Assembly (NCBI GenBank): GCA_001789725.1 | Contig: MGAM01000013.1 | Span: 14,275 to 78,274, forward strand | Source of the DNA: Candidatus Roizmanbacteria bacterium RIFCSPLOWO2_01_FULL_39_19 | GTDB taxonomy: Bacteria > Patescibacteriota > Microgenomatia > UBA1406 > HO2-37-13b | Direction: 5' to 3' | DNA length: 64,000 nucleotides | In this document: one piece after another, positions 30,456-41,207 of the stretch | How the letters are laid out: every line of letters begins with the position of its first letter | How positions within the stretch are numbered: position 1 is the stretch's first letter | Made by a program: the position numbers and the translations under genes | The notes under the pieces: generated by a model | What the model saw: only the letters and a program-made list of their open reading frames with translations | Database searches by the model: none | Told to the model about the DNA's origin: nothing

Positions 30456-32137
30456 TTTGTATAAATTTTAAATGGGGTTAACAGGTTTGCTCCGACGATC
30501 GAATCTATCTGTCTTAATCCGTTGGGTATTTTACAGTTGTGACGATCAATCACAAGAATGCGAGGTAGTCCCATATCAATATTGGAGCTAGATGAGCATT
30601 CGCTTTTGACGAAAAAAACATTATTGATATTTTCCAGTTGTATATTAAATTTTATTCTTTTTGCAAACTCCTTGTTAAAGTTATTTGTATAAAACAGATA
30701 GTAGAGAGGAAATGTCCTGTCAATGGGTAAGTAAACTTTGTTGTAAGCCTTTCTATGTTTTTCAACATATTTCACAATTTCCTTTTGCCCGTCATTCCTA
30801 ACTAAACTTGTTGCTCTATCACTTTGAACCGAATATTGGTGCCAAAAAAAAACTAATTCACCTATTAGGATAGACATTACTGCGAGTAAGATAATTTTTT
30901 TGTATTTTGGGATTAACGCTAATTGGAACAGGCCATATCCAATCAATATTGAAAGAGGAATTGTCATAAAAACCGATCGGTGAATGTTTGGAGAGTCAAT
31001 AATAGTTAGTCCTGCAGGAATCGGCGCCAGGAAAAGTAAAAAAAATACCATCATTAAATTTTTTTTATCTAATTTTCCTTTATCTTTTTTAAGAATGTGG
31101 TAAAGTCCAAGCAATAGAAGAGGCAAAAAGATGACATATAACAGTCCCTGCTCTGGTACAAAAAAATGAGGTGAGTTTCCTCCTCTGACAAATAAAACAT
31201 CAGGAGAAAAATAGCGACTATATTGATAAATAAATTCTCGGGAATATCCCAGGATTTTGTTGCTAAAAATTCTTGCTATAACTACCGATTTCTCATTAAA
31301 TATCGCCTCTTGAATTCTTATCGAAACTCCTGACAACGGGCTAAAAATTGATGTCTGAATAAATCTACCTTTCCCCCATGCGGTTAACCCAATAAAGAGA
31401 GTTAAACCGGTAAAAAGTAAGCACATAAGAGTTGGCAATGCAATTTTTGTCTTGTTATTTTTTTTAAAGTAAATTAGAAGATATATTAAAAAAACAGCCG
31501 GGGTATAGATTCGAAACGGATGGTAAAAAAAATAAGAAAATAGAAATATAATTAATGATAAAAATAAATATTTATAGTTATTTTTTGTCTTAAAAAATAG
31601 CAGCAGAACAAGTCCAAATGCAAAAACCGTTGAGCCCATTAAGCCCTCAACGGTGGTCCTTGACAATACTATATGCCAAGGCATAATGGCAATCACAAAG
31701 GCCGAGCACAACCCAGCAACCGCATTTTTAAATGTCAGTTTTGATAAAAAATATACTGGAAATACCGCAAGCGCCCCAAGAAACGCACCAAAAAACCTTA
31801 CTCCTAAGCCATTAGGACCAAACAACACCACTCCTAATCCGGATAGATAAAATGGTAATATAATATAGTAGTCACCGAATTTATTGAAGTAAAGAAGTGG
31901 CCATTTATTCCCGTAAACGTCAATTCCATTCCTTAAAATAAAATGGCCAACGTAGCCACTTAATATTTCATCTTCATGGAGATTAATAGGAAGTTTGTCA
32001 AGATTATAAACCCTTAAAAAAAGAGCGATTAAAAAAATAACAAAAAGCGCAATAATATTTCTGTGATTAGTAAAAAACTTGACATAAAACATAAATTTTC
32101 TTAAAAAGAAATTAATTCTGGTTACCCGGAAAGTCAA
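30452..32137 (-). CDS. GT-C fold (ArnT/PMT-like) glycosyltransferase
   Basis: LRVYNL..HEDE, GIDVYG..WP, PWHIVLSR. Confidence 0.8.
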   Translation of the reverse strand: MTFRVTRINFFLRKFMFYVKFFTNHRNIIALFVIFLIALFLRVYNLDKLPINLHEDEILSGYVGHFILRNGIDVYGNKWPLLYFNKFGDYYIILPFYLSGLGVVLFGPNGLGVRFFGAFLGALAVFPVYFLSKLTFKNAVAGLCSAFVIAIMPWHIVLSRTTVEGLMGSTVFAFGLVLLLFFKTKNNYKYLFLSLIIFLFSYFFYHPFRIYTPAVFLIYLLIYFKKNNKTKIALPTLMCLLFTGLTLFIGLTAWGKGRFIQTSIFSPLSGVSIRIQEAIFNEKSVVIARIFSNKILGYSREFIYQYSRYFSPDVLFVRGGNSPHFFVPEQGLLYVIFLPLLLLGLYHILKKDKGKLDKKNLMMVFFLLFLAPIPAGLTIIDSPNIHRSVFMTIPLSILIGYGLFQLALIPKYKKIILLAVMSILIGELVFFWHQYSVQSDRATSLVRNDGQKEIVKYVEKHRKAYNKVYLPIDRTFPLYYLFYTNNFNKEFAKRIKFNIQLENINNVFFVKSECSSSSNIDMGLPRILVIDRHNCKIPNGLRQIDSIVGANLLTPFKIYTN

Positions 32138-33803
32138 AAAATCTTTTTAAAATATGTTTCTTTTTTTCTACGAAGAAAAAAATTATCAGTCCAGCAATGG
32201 ACAGAGCCGACACTAAATTGCCAAGCACTCTAACTTTCGTATCGGTAAATTTTAAGTAAATATTATGCCTTCCTTTGGGTACGTTATAAGTTATTATCCC
32301 GCGGTAATTTGGATCCTGAAATTGGATGTCAACTGGCTTTGAATCTACCCAAACCTTCCAACCCGGAAAATAGAAAGTATAGTCAGCCATTCTTATATCT
32401 GTTATGGCATTAACTGCATATTTACGCCATGAATTACTTAATTCTCTTGAAACGATTTTCCCTTGTCCTTCTATAATTTCACCTTTCTGTCTTTTTACTG
32501 GATAGTCATCAGTTATTCCTGTCCAGATTGTATTCATGTTTGTTGAATGGAGATTAATTTTTGTAAATAGGTACTGACTTAAAGGGTGATCCGTATTGTT
32601 CTTACTGTAAAGTTGGGGAAATCGTAAAAATGCAAAAGCGACTATCAACGTCAGAGCAGCTATTTTTAGCTTATTATTTTCAAATTTATTTAAGATATAC
32701 GCTATAATAATTGGGGGGACAAAAATAAATAGCGACAACATGCGCCATGGGAATTGTATATTGCTTAAGATGTTAATCTTCTCGTAAAAAATAAGGGCAT
32801 AATCGGTAGTCAAAAATAACGACGTAACCCCAACAAAAACGGCTATGTCTAGCATATCAACTTTCCATTTTTTAGCTATCATGATCCGTCTTACTAAGTA
32901 GAGTATTCCAATAACAAGTATTATCACCTCAAATAATCCTGGAGTAACAAAGTGGCCACGATTTAAGACGTCACGATCAAAATAATAGTACCAGTTTGGG
33001 TCTATAAAATTCTTTAGGTGAAGTGTCTGTCCCTGTGTTAGGTGATTTCCGCTTCCGTAGTAAAAATATTTAATTTCAATATTTAAAGGAATAAGGTAAT
33101 ATGCAGCCATCAGAAGGCCCCAACCCATTGACACGCCTGTTAAAAATAACTTTTTAATTTTTTCTTTCTCATCTTTTAATAAAAATAACAGGTAAGGAAA
33201 TATAATAAATGATGCAACAACCATCATCATCGGATGGCTAAGCGCCAATCCAGTAAATGATATCGCGAGTAAAATAATTGCCCATCGCTTTTTTTCTTTT
33301 ATAAGATAATAAAGCGCAAATAGCACTAAAGGGAAAAATACTGATGCGAAAAACTCCGGCAATGCCTCTCTTACATAAAGATTTAATATTCTGTAAGGCG
33401 AGATGTTGTATAAAAATATTGCGACAGTCGATGGTATTTGTTTGAAATAAATCCTCAAGAATTTATACAAAATCAGATTTGAAAGGACTGTCGCAATTAA
33501 GGCAACTATCTTCCACGACACAATTGCATTATGTGTGATAAAAGTCATCCACGCTCCCAAATATGAGATAAATTGATGGGCCACCAGAGGAACTGGCATG
33601 CCATAGTTTGCAAAACCGTCAGCCCATGTTGGTTTAAGATCTCCACTTTTGATGGCAAGATAAAATTGGGTAATTGTTGTAATGTGCGCTCTCCCATCCA
33701 TATGAGCAGAGTGACCTTTGTTGAAAAAAAGGTCAAAGACCAATAAAAAAGAAACTAAAAGAATAAAAAAAATATAAAAACGTTCTTTCGTTTGAATAAA
33801 CAT
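32112..33803 (-). CDS. Multi-TM GT-C-like protein (PTPS-related/YfhO-like)
   Basis: HMDG..H, PYR..YVRE, IQFPWR, YFPGW. Confidence 0.7.
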   Translation of the reverse strand: MFIQTKERFYIFFILLVSFLLVFDLFFNKGHSAHMDGRAHITTITQFYLAIKSGDLKPTWADGFANYGMPVPLVAHQFISYLGAWMTFITHNAIVSWKIVALIATVLSNLILYKFLRIYFKQIPSTVAIFLYNISPYRILNLYVREALPEFFASVFFPLVLFALYYLIKEKKRWAIILLAISFTGLALSHPMMMVVASFIIFPYLLFLLKDEKEKIKKLFLTGVSMGWGLLMAAYYLIPLNIEIKYFYYGSGNHLTQGQTLHLKNFIDPNWYYYFDRDVLNRGHFVTPGLFEVIILVIGILYLVRRIMIAKKWKVDMLDIAVFVGVTSLFLTTDYALIFYEKINILSNIQFPWRMLSLFIFVPPIIIAYILNKFENNKLKIAALTLIVAFAFLRFPQLYSKNNTDHPLSQYLFTKINLHSTNMNTIWTGITDDYPVKRQKGEIIEGQGKIVSRELSNSWRKYAVNAITDIRMADYTFYFPGWKVWVDSKPVDIQFQDPNYRGIITYNVPKGRHNIYLKFTDTKVRVLGNLVSALSIAGLIIFFFVEKKKHILKRFFDFPGNQN

Positions 33804-33849
33804 TTACTCAGTTATTAAATAACTTTAACATTATATACTATGTGTATAC

Positions 33850-34437
33850 ATGAACATTATGCGGTATAAGTTTGAATTCATTTTAATCACATTAGTTCTG
33901 ATACTTTTTGTAATCTTGCAGCCTAAGCTGTCGGTCTATCTTTTCTACCCAAAAAGAACCACAATGTTGAACGGTTTTACTAAAGATATAAAAACAACAC
34001 AGAAAATAGATGCAAAGAAGTTCTGGCAGTTTCGGGAGTTTTATTATCCGGGCTATATAAAAATTGACAAGAGCGGATTTAAATACCCCAAGTATTTGCA
34101 ACAACTGAAAACATTGGGAGTTAAAATGGTTGATAATACTGCCCCAAGAGTATTTTTGATCTATAACTCAGACAAACTGAGCAGCGTCGAAGCAATTGTT
34201 GAAAAAGACCAACTGAAGGATTTAGTTATTGACTTAAAATCAAGTTCAGAGTCAACGCTTATTGATAATAAAACAGAATACGTTGCCAAGTTTCATGACA
34301 AAATTTATGTTTACTTTGTAAAACCTGTCCCAGAGATGCTTACCGCCAACGGATATTATGACTATAAAAATCCTCATGATAGAGTAATTATTGAAGGAAA
34401 ATATTGGCTAAATATAAGCGCAATCAATATTAATTAG
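33850..34437 (+). CDS. Hypothetical membrane-anchored protein
   Basis: N-terminal TM, 195 aa ORF. Confidence 0.6.
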   Translation: MNIMRYKFEFILITLVLILFVILQPKLSVYLFYPKRTTMLNGFTKDIKTTQKIDAKKFWQFREFYYPGYIKIDKSGFKYPKYLQQLKTLGVKMVDNTAPRVFLIYNSDKLSSVEAIVEKDQLKDLVIDLKSSSESTLIDNKTEYVAKFHDKIYVYFVKPVPEMLTANGYYDYKNPHDRVIIEGKYWLNISAININ

Positions 34438-36157
34438 TTATATACACGGTAACAAGATTGTTTTTATATATTTTCTTAAATTTACGTCGACAACTATTTA
34501 GTTTATTTCCTATTGGGTTTTGTTTTAATTCGTATAAATAATTTGCTTTCCTTATTACATCGCAATTCCAATTACGACTCATATCAGCTCTCTCTCTGTA
34601 ATCAATACCGACTAGCTGCAGTTGAACTTCGTCAGCTATAAAACTCTGTTTATTAGAGAACGCAGTAATATACGATGAGTCTCCAAGTGAATAAATCGGT
34701 AATGGCCTAACTGAAGGGCGATTCTTATCAGTTGGCAGCGGTGAAAATACAACGCCATATGGTTGTTTCTTTAAAAAATCAAGGGCGACAATTTCATCTT
34801 TTGGAAGATATACATGTCCCGGTGGTTGACCAAAAGTCCTTATTATGTCAAGCGACGTGGGAACGGTTAGAAGTAAAATAACCGAAGTTATAATTGCCCC
34901 GATTGTTTTATTTTTTTTAATCAGCAAATAAATTGTTTCTGCTGCAAAAATATTGCTTAAGAAAAAGGCATAATAACTAAATTGAACAGTGTTCCACCAA
35001 ACACCTCTCTGAATAAAAAAAATACTAAGTACAAGTGAAAAGACTACTGTTAAAAATACGATAATATCAAATTGCATAATTTTCCTTTTTAGCGCTTGAT
35101 TGAGTAAATATATAAGCCCGATCATTCTTGTTCCGAAATTAAAAACTATGTAAAGTCCCAAAACAAACATATTGATTACTACAAGTCGAGGGCTAAACCG
35201 GCCTGAGTTTTCAAGAAAATATTTTGCATTTGTTATGTTTTTCATATAAAGAAGTTTTGGCTCTTCAATTATTGGATATACTGTCGAAAAAGGAGAATAA
35301 ACTAACGGAAGTCCTCCGTTAGTCTGTCCTCCAATTCCATAAAAGAAGAAAATAACAATAAGAGAAAATCCGCCGACAAACAACAAAGATTTTATAAAAC
35401 CTAAAATATCCTTTGACTTATAAAAAGTCAGGGCAAAATATAGCAGCACAATAAAACCACTTATTATGCCCGCATAAAACTTCAGTGCAAGATTAATTGC
35501 GACTAAAAATCCTAACATGATTATATTCTTTAAACTTGGTTTAGGGCTCTTTATGACGACTAGAATTAGCGTTATGATCACAAGCGAAAATGCGTATTGA
35601 AGATTTGTTAGCGAAAGAAGTGATTGCATAGCCAAGAGTCCACTTGATCCCCATATTGTCTTGTCGTGAATCCAGGTAATTACAAATGAAAAAGATCCGG
35701 AAAAAAACACAAAAAAAAGAAATATGAATGCAAATACTTTTTCTTTGTGAATCTTCTCTGATAGCTTTAACAGCAGGTAGCTAAATAATCCAAACCATAC
35801 AATGGGAAGAATCTTAAAGTAACTCGCTGTTGCTGAGATACCCAACTTTGTTAGAAAATAAATCAAAACATCAAGAAAGTAATTATAGCTGGATAGTATC
35901 TCACCAGAAAAGGTCGGGGCAACGAACGGAAAATGATTAAATGATATTGCAACGATTGCAAGATGCCAGATAGCATCGTGACCATGGGCTCCCCAGAAAT
36001 ACAATCCGCACGTACCTCCAAAACAATATTGGCTTCCACTGGGAATAATTGTCAACATATAGCTGGCAAAGGCGATTATTATCAATAGGACTATCGCAAG
36101 ATTTTTTTTAATCAAACTTATCATTTTTTTTATTTCCCAAAAAAGCCATTCTGACAT
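34430..36157 (-). CDS. Multi-TM GT-C-like membrane protein
   Basis: HDAIWHLA loop, many TMs. Confidence 0.65.
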   Translation of the reverse strand: MSEWLFWEIKKMISLIKKNLAIVLLIIIAFASYMLTIIPSGSQYCFGGTCGLYFWGAHGHDAIWHLAIVAISFNHFPFVAPTFSGEILSSYNYFLDVLIYFLTKLGISATASYFKILPIVWFGLFSYLLLKLSEKIHKEKVFAFIFLFFVFFSGSFSFVITWIHDKTIWGSSGLLAMQSLLSLTNLQYAFSLVIITLILVVIKSPKPSLKNIIMLGFLVAINLALKFYAGIISGFIVLLYFALTFYKSKDILGFIKSLLFVGGFSLIVIFFFYGIGGQTNGGLPLVYSPFSTVYPIIEEPKLLYMKNITNAKYFLENSGRFSPRLVVINMFVLGLYIVFNFGTRMIGLIYLLNQALKRKIMQFDIIVFLTVVFSLVLSIFFIQRGVWWNTVQFSYYAFFLSNIFAAETIYLLIKKNKTIGAIITSVILLLTVPTSLDIIRTFGQPPGHVYLPKDEIVALDFLKKQPYGVVFSPLPTDKNRPSVRPLPIYSLGDSSYITAFSNKQSFIADEVQLQLVGIDYRERADMSRNWNCDVIRKANYLYELKQNPIGNKLNSCRRKFKKIYKNNLVTVYITN

Positions 36158-36179
36158 ATCATGTATTATACTGCTATCT

Positions 36180-37733
36180 ATGTTTTTTCTAGGGTTTCTA
36201 TTTTCGTTACCCGTCTTACTTTGGATCTATATCAATAACTGGAATGAAACTCGCCTAGACAGCTTGACTCCACCAATTATTATTATTGGGGTAATTATTT
36301 TACTAACTTTTTTAGTTAGTTTATTTTTTTTAAAGAAGCAAAATATTGCAATATTATATTCAGCAATTTTTGTTCTTTTGTTTTTTTCGTATGGAACATT
36401 GACAAGATTTATCCATCAATTTCCTACTATCACTAGTATTCTTCATTCCCGACCGGAGAAACTTGCAATCCTTTTAACTTGTAGCATTTTAATAATTGTT
36501 TTTTTGAAAGTAAATAAAATTAATGAATTGTCGTTAAGCAAACTTATTAACTCGCTGATAGTCGCGGGAATCGTTCTTGCTATATTTCCACTTGTTTTTA
36601 TTATTCTTCATGAAATAAAGCGTCCTCCCTTGTTTGATGGTCAACTATTCTCAATTAATAACAAAATAAATAAGAATAATACTCCTGACATTTATTATCT
36701 AATTGTTGAGAGATATGCAGGTTTTGAAACTCTTAAAAAGAGATATAACTTTCGATCTGATTTAGAAAGATACTTAAAAAAAGAAGGATTTTATTTAGCT
36801 TCGTCACGGCCCAACTATCCCCACACCTCACTGTCTCTTGCATCATCTTTAAATATGAATTATCTAAGTTCCCTTGAAAAAAATGCCATTTTATACAAGG
36901 GTGATCAAACACATTTATTTAGCCTTATTAATAACTCTTTATTTTTTAATTTTCTAAAAAATAACGGATATGCAATTTTTAATTTTAGCGACTTATGGCA
37001 AGGAACAGAATATAATCTTAACGCCGATTATAATTTTAATTACTACGGTCCCCTACCTGCATTTACAAGATTATTTCTTGAAGAAACTGCATTTGATTTT
37101 TTCTACAAAAAATACCGCTTTGAAAAAGATAAAACAGCGTCATACAAAACAGACAAAAGATTGAGTGAGCAATATAAGTTAAATAAACTCAAGGAAGTTG
37201 TAAGAATGAATAATAAAAAAATTGTTTTTTTTCATCTACTTGTTACTCACGAACCCTATATTTTAGGACCTTTAGGTCAATCATTAACTGATGAGGAATT
37301 TATCAAAACTCCCCATGAAAAAAAATATATCAATCACATTGGGTATAGCAATATTGTTTTAAGACAATTTGTCAACACCATTAAAAAAAGTCGTCGTCCC
37401 TTTATTATTGTCATTCAGGCCGACGAAGGACCTTATACACAGGAATTGAGAAAAGCGGTTGATAAAGGAAATTTTTCATGGAAGAAGGTAAGCGACGATG
37501 CAATAACAACTCATATGAGCATATTAAACGCTTACTATTTCCTGGATAAAAATTATCAAAATTTGTATCCCACAATTAGTCCTGTAAATAATTTTAGAGT
37601 AATTCTAAACCAGTTTTTTAATCAAGACTTGCCACTACTTGAGGACAAGTACTTTTTGAATCAGGATTTTAGTCATCTGTACAAATTTAAGGATATAACT
37701 AAAAAAATGTTAATTGATTTTCCAATTAAATAG
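36180..37733 (+). CDS. Membrane sulfatase-like/alkaline phosphatase superfamily protein
   Basis: PDIYYLIVE, NYPHT..S.ASSLNM, THEPY, QADEG. Confidence 0.75.
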   Translation: MFFLGFLFSLPVLLWIYINNWNETRLDSLTPPIIIIGVIILLTFLVSLFFLKKQNIAILYSAIFVLLFFSYGTLTRFIHQFPTITSILHSRPEKLAILLTCSILIIVFLKVNKINELSLSKLINSLIVAGIVLAIFPLVFIILHEIKRPPLFDGQLFSINNKINKNNTPDIYYLIVERYAGFETLKKRYNFRSDLERYLKKEGFYLASSRPNYPHTSLSLASSLNMNYLSSLEKNAILYKGDQTHLFSLINNSLFFNFLKNNGYAIFNFSDLWQGTEYNLNADYNFNYYGPLPAFTRLFLEETAFDFFYKKYRFEKDKTASYKTDKRLSEQYKLNKLKEVVRMNNKKIVFFHLLVTHEPYILGPLGQSLTDEEFIKTPHEKKYINHIGYSNIVLRQFVNTIKKSRRPFIIVIQADEGPYTQELRKAVDKGNFSWKKVSDDAITTHMSILNAYYFLDKNYQNLYPTISPVNNFRVILNQFFNQDLPLLEDKYFLNQDFSHLYKFKDITKKMLIDFPIK

Positions 37734-37748
37734 GACTATTATTTTTCT

Positions 37749-38084
37749 ATGTCACTTATTATTTCACTAGTACTTAACGCACTAGCAGTTTATGCTTCAT
37801 CCTGGATTATTCCCGGCGTTCATCTTAATGACTTATATACCGCTCTTATTGTGGCTGTTGTCTTAGGATTAATTAACACTTTTATCAAGCCGGTTTTGGT
37901 TTTGTTAACTTTACCAATTACTCTTCTCACTCTTGGATTATTTTCTCTCGTTATTAACGCATTAATGATTCTTTTGGTTGACAGATTAGTCTTAGGATTT
38001 GCAGTTGATGGATTTTTAGCAGCATTAATATTTAGCTTGGTTTTATCTATCATTAGCACAATCCTGAACAATCTTTTCAATTAA
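37749..38084 (+). CDS. YvlD/DUF360 (phage-holin-like) membrane protein
   Basis: IKPVL..LTLP..LLTLGLF..VINA. Confidence 0.88.
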   Translation: MSLIISLVLNALAVYASSWIIPGVHLNDLYTALIVAVVLGLINTFIKPVLVLLTLPITLLTLGLFSLVINALMILLVDRLVLGFAVDGFLAALIFSLVLSIISTILNNLFN

Positions 38085-38093
38085 AAACACACA

Positions 38094-39326
38094 CTAGCAA
38101 ACCGATCCTGCCACAAATAGATCATTTACTCTGGTTTTAGTGTGAGTTGGAAGTTGAAAAAGCGCAAATTCGTGTTCTTCTCCCCAATATATACTTTTTA
38201 CTCCGTATTTTTCTTTTATAGAAAAAATAGAATTTTTAAGATCATTTGATCTTTCTCCGTGTTCTTCAAATAAATATTGTTGAATGCAGCTGTCGTCAAC
38301 AAAATCTGTCAATACTACTCCAACTTGTCGGTAAAGCTTTGAACTATCAATGAGTTTTTCTAGTAACTTTCTCACCTGTTTAAAAATATCCCCGCTTAAA
38401 TTTGTTGCCGATCTCAGACGTACTTCAAAATGAATATGGCGCATGGTCTGCAACCTCAAGAAACATAAAACTTTTCGTGGCGCTTGTTTGTATCTGTATG
38501 CTTTAAAACAAGCCAAATTAAGGTTGTGAATAAAACGACTGAGTATATATTCCTTATCAGTTGTGGGTGATGGGAACGTGCGAAATGTTGAAATTGACTG
38601 ATACGAATCTTTTAAGTCACAGTTAACTGGTTGTCTATATTCTCCGTGAAGTTCAAAATATAATTTCTGTATGTTTTTGTTGTACAGCAATTTTACCACT
38701 GACAATGGTTTTTTGTATAAGTCATATGCCGTGCTAATTCCATATTGTAAAAATTTATTGTTCAGCGCTCTTCCTACCCCACAGATTGCATCAATCGGCT
38801 GTTCTTTTAAAAATGGCTCGATATCTTTTTTTGAGACTATCGTATATCCGTGAGGTTTGTTGGCGCTAGACGCCATTTTAGCAAGCGTTTTGTTGACAGA
38901 AACCCCAATTGAAACAGGGATCATTAACGACGACTCTATTTCATATTGAATTGCCTTAGCAATTTGTAAATGTTCTTGTCTGTCAAGATACATTGATAAA
39001 TCAATGAAAACTTCATCAACCGAAAAAACTTCAACAAGAGGACTAAACCGGCGCGATATGGCGACCATTTTTCTTGATATCGCCTCATACAAATGGTAAT
39101 CAGAGTCAAAAATAATCACTTGCGGAAAATTCCTTTTAATATCACAGGCAAGCATTTCCCGCTTAACTCCTAAATTTTTTGCTTCATAAGACACCGCAGT
39201 TGCAACTCCCCTTTCCCTGCCAACTACAAGTGGCTTGTCACGAAACTGAGGATAAACAGACTGAATACATGACGCAAAAAAGGAGTCGCCGTCAACGTGA
39301 GCAATAGCAATTGGCCAGTCATTCAT
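38094..39326 (-). CDS. dinB: Y-family DNA polymerase (DinB/UmuC-like)
   Basis: HVDGDSFFAS, SYEAK, SVDE, NKTLAKMAS...KPHG. Confidence 0.85.
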   Translation of the reverse strand: MNDWPIAIAHVDGDSFFASCIQSVYPQFRDKPLVVGRERGVATAVSYEAKNLGVKREMLACDIKRNFPQVIIFDSDYHLYEAISRKMVAISRRFSPLVEVFSVDEVFIDLSMYLDRQEHLQIAKAIQYEIESSLMIPVSIGVSVNKTLAKMASSANKPHGYTIVSKKDIEPFLKEQPIDAICGVGRALNNKFLQYGISTAYDLYKKPLSVVKLLYNKNIQKLYFELHGEYRQPVNCDLKDSYQSISTFRTFPSPTTDKEYILSRFIHNLNLACFKAYRYKQAPRKVLCFLRLQTMRHIHFEVRLRSATNLSGDIFKQVRKLLEKLIDSSKLYRQVGVVLTDFVDDSCIQQYLFEEHGERSNDLKNSIFSIKEKYGVKSIYWGEEHEFALFQLPTHTKTRVNDLFVAGSVC

Positions 39327-39423
39327 ATCTCAAAACATGTAACTCGAAACGTGTAACGCAAGAAGACATTTTTTTATTAAGTTCTTCTTTTTTGAGTTAA
39401 AAGTTTTTGCGTTTTGTGTAATG

Positions 39424-39453
39424 ATTATAAGGTGAACGATCGTTTACTGTCAA
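39424..39453 (-). promoter_or_regulatory. Consensus sigma70 promoter for dinB with a palindromic operator (GTGAACGATCGTTTAC, 39432-39447) in the spacer
   Basis: Minus strand TTGACA-N18-TATAAT; GAAC-N4-GTTT resembles the GAAC-N4-GTTC SOS box. Confidence 0.7.
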
Positions 39454-39503
39454 GTAATAAGATTGCAGAAAAAATAACATTTTTTTAGTATTCTAAACAA
39501 AGA

Positions 39504-39989
39504 ATGCTTATATCAGTTGAATTATTCGTAACCCAGATACGGGAGGAATGGGTGATATATAAAAAATATACATTTGATATTACAAAAGAAACATCAGATC
39601 CAGATGATTTGGTAGTTGAATATGCACAGAAGAATATATTTAAAGAAAATGTAAATCAACTAAATTTCGTTATGCACTCAACAAGCTGGCATTACGATCA
39701 CAATGGAAGAATCACAATGACGTACATGTTCTATTCAGACTTTATAGACGTAAAAATTATGTCTCATAAGCGAATTTTATTGAAAGATTTAACGATAGCA
39801 AAAAGCTCAAATCCTAAAAAGCCACGCCCAAACAAAATTACAGAGACAAACATAGTGGCTCACGGAATAAGACACATCGGCTATTTAACTCAAACCGAAA
39901 AGAAACTTATATTTGCAAATGCGATTAAGCCGGCCAATTACGAGATTCTAAAACAAATTGTAAATAATCTTGCCGGAGAGATTGGGTAA
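39504..39989 (+). CDS. Hypothetical protein
   Basis: 161 aa ORF, HSTSW motif. Confidence 0.6.
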   Translation: MLISVELFVTQIREEWVIYKKYTFDITKETSDPDDLVVEYAQKNIFKENVNQLNFVMHSTSWHYDHNGRITMTYMFYSDFIDVKIMSHKRILLKDLTIAKSSNPKKPRPNKITETNIVAHGIRHIGYLTQTEKKLIFANAIKPANYEILKQIVNNLAGEIG

Positions 39990-39991
39990 TA

Positions 39992-40975
39992 CTAATTATT
40001 TCTCTGTTTATCACTTAAAAGTCGGGTTGAGTCAAGTTTTTGGCCAAAGTTCAGAAAATTTCTGGTAACAAGTGAGAGTTGGTTATAAGCATTAGTCATA
40101 TGTTTTTGCAAAAGGGATAACGCTTTATTAGTCTGTTCATAATCTCGGCTCAAAGCCCGCAGATGAATCAGAATTTCTTTTGCTCTTTCTTCAATTTTCT
40201 CGCCTTCAAACGAAACTAAAAGAACGCGCAAATATGCATAAAAGCTCATTGGGGAAACCAGTAGCACTCTGTTTTTTCGGCTAAAATCGTGCATTTCTGT
40301 TGTAGAGATAATCTCGTAATAAACAGATTCTGAGGGAATATACATAATTGCATAATCAATTGTTCCCTCGCCAGGTTTTACATATTTTTCTCCTATCAAT
40401 TTAATGTGTGTCTTTACATCATTTAAAAATGACTGATGGAATTTTTTTTGAATTTCTTCACCTTTTGATAAGATGTATTTCTGATAATTCTCTGAAGGAA
40501 ATTTAGAGTCAATAGGAATGAATCCTTTTTGTGTTTTTAAAATAAAATCAACTTTTGACCCATCGGCAAAACTATATTGGGCACTATACATCGATCGAGG
40601 TAAAAATTCTTCGAGGATCGATGATAATATATGTTCGCCAACTCCGCCTCTAAGTTTGGGGGATTTGAGCAAATTTTGAATATCACTCATAGACCGTCCA
40701 ATTTCTGAAAACTCTCCTATTGATTTTTGAACTTGAGAGATAACTACAGATGCATTATCAAGTCGTTTATTAAAGTCGGCCATTGTTAAGTCGAGACGTT
40801 TATCAATCTTATCTGTTGACGACTCCATCCGAGAGGTAACTTGTTTGAGCCACTCGACAATCTCCTGACTTTGACTGGATTTATTTTTTACATCACGAAG
40901 TAAATACCAAATAACACCAATGATGGCAACGAAACCAATAATGATTATAAGAATTAATGCACTTATCTGATTCAC
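39992..40975 (-). CDS. rmuC: DNA recombination protein RmuC
   Basis: PKLRG..GE, PIDSKFP, MYIPSESVY, VSP. Confidence 0.9.
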   Translation of the reverse strand: MNQISALILIIIIGFVAIIGVIWYLLRDVKNKSSQSQEIVEWLKQVTSRMESSTDKIDKRLDLTMADFNKRLDNASVVISQVQKSIGEFSEIGRSMSDIQNLLKSPKLRGGVGEHILSSILEEFLPRSMYSAQYSFADGSKVDFILKTQKGFIPIDSKFPSENYQKYILSKGEEIQKKFHQSFLNDVKTHIKLIGEKYVKPGEGTIDYAIMYIPSESVYYEIISTTEMHDFSRKNRVLLVSPMSFYAYLRVLLVSFEGEKIEERAKEILIHLRALSRDYEQTNKALSLLQKHMTNAYNQLSLVTRNFLNFGQKLDSTRLLSDKQRNN

Positions 40976-40985
40976 AGTGCGCTAA

Positions 40986-41207
40986 TTATACAGAAATAAA
41001 CTCCTCAACGCTTATGCCCGTCTGATTTAATATCGCTTTTAAGGTCCCTTTCGGTAAGTCTTTAAGATGGAGAGGAATAGTTGCGCGTTGTTTGGTTTTC
41101 ATGTGATAAAGAATTACATGGCTTCCGGTCTGTCTATCCTTTACGAATCCGAGTTTTTGAAATCTTTTAATAGCGTCTTTAGGTTTTAGAATCGGCAGTT
41201 TAGGCAT
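40986..41207 (-). CDS. hicA: HicA toxin
   Basis: RQTGSH, IPLH..LPKGTL..IL; start taken at MPKLP. Confidence 0.9.
   Translation of the reverse strand: MPKLPILKPKDAIKRFQKLGFVKDRQTGSHVILYHMKTKQRATIPLHLKDLPKGTLKAILNQTGISVEEFISV

Noticed and set aside
37749-38084. Holin as evidence of a prophage
   Set aside because: YvlD/DUF360 is a common chromosomal membrane protein; no phage neighbours
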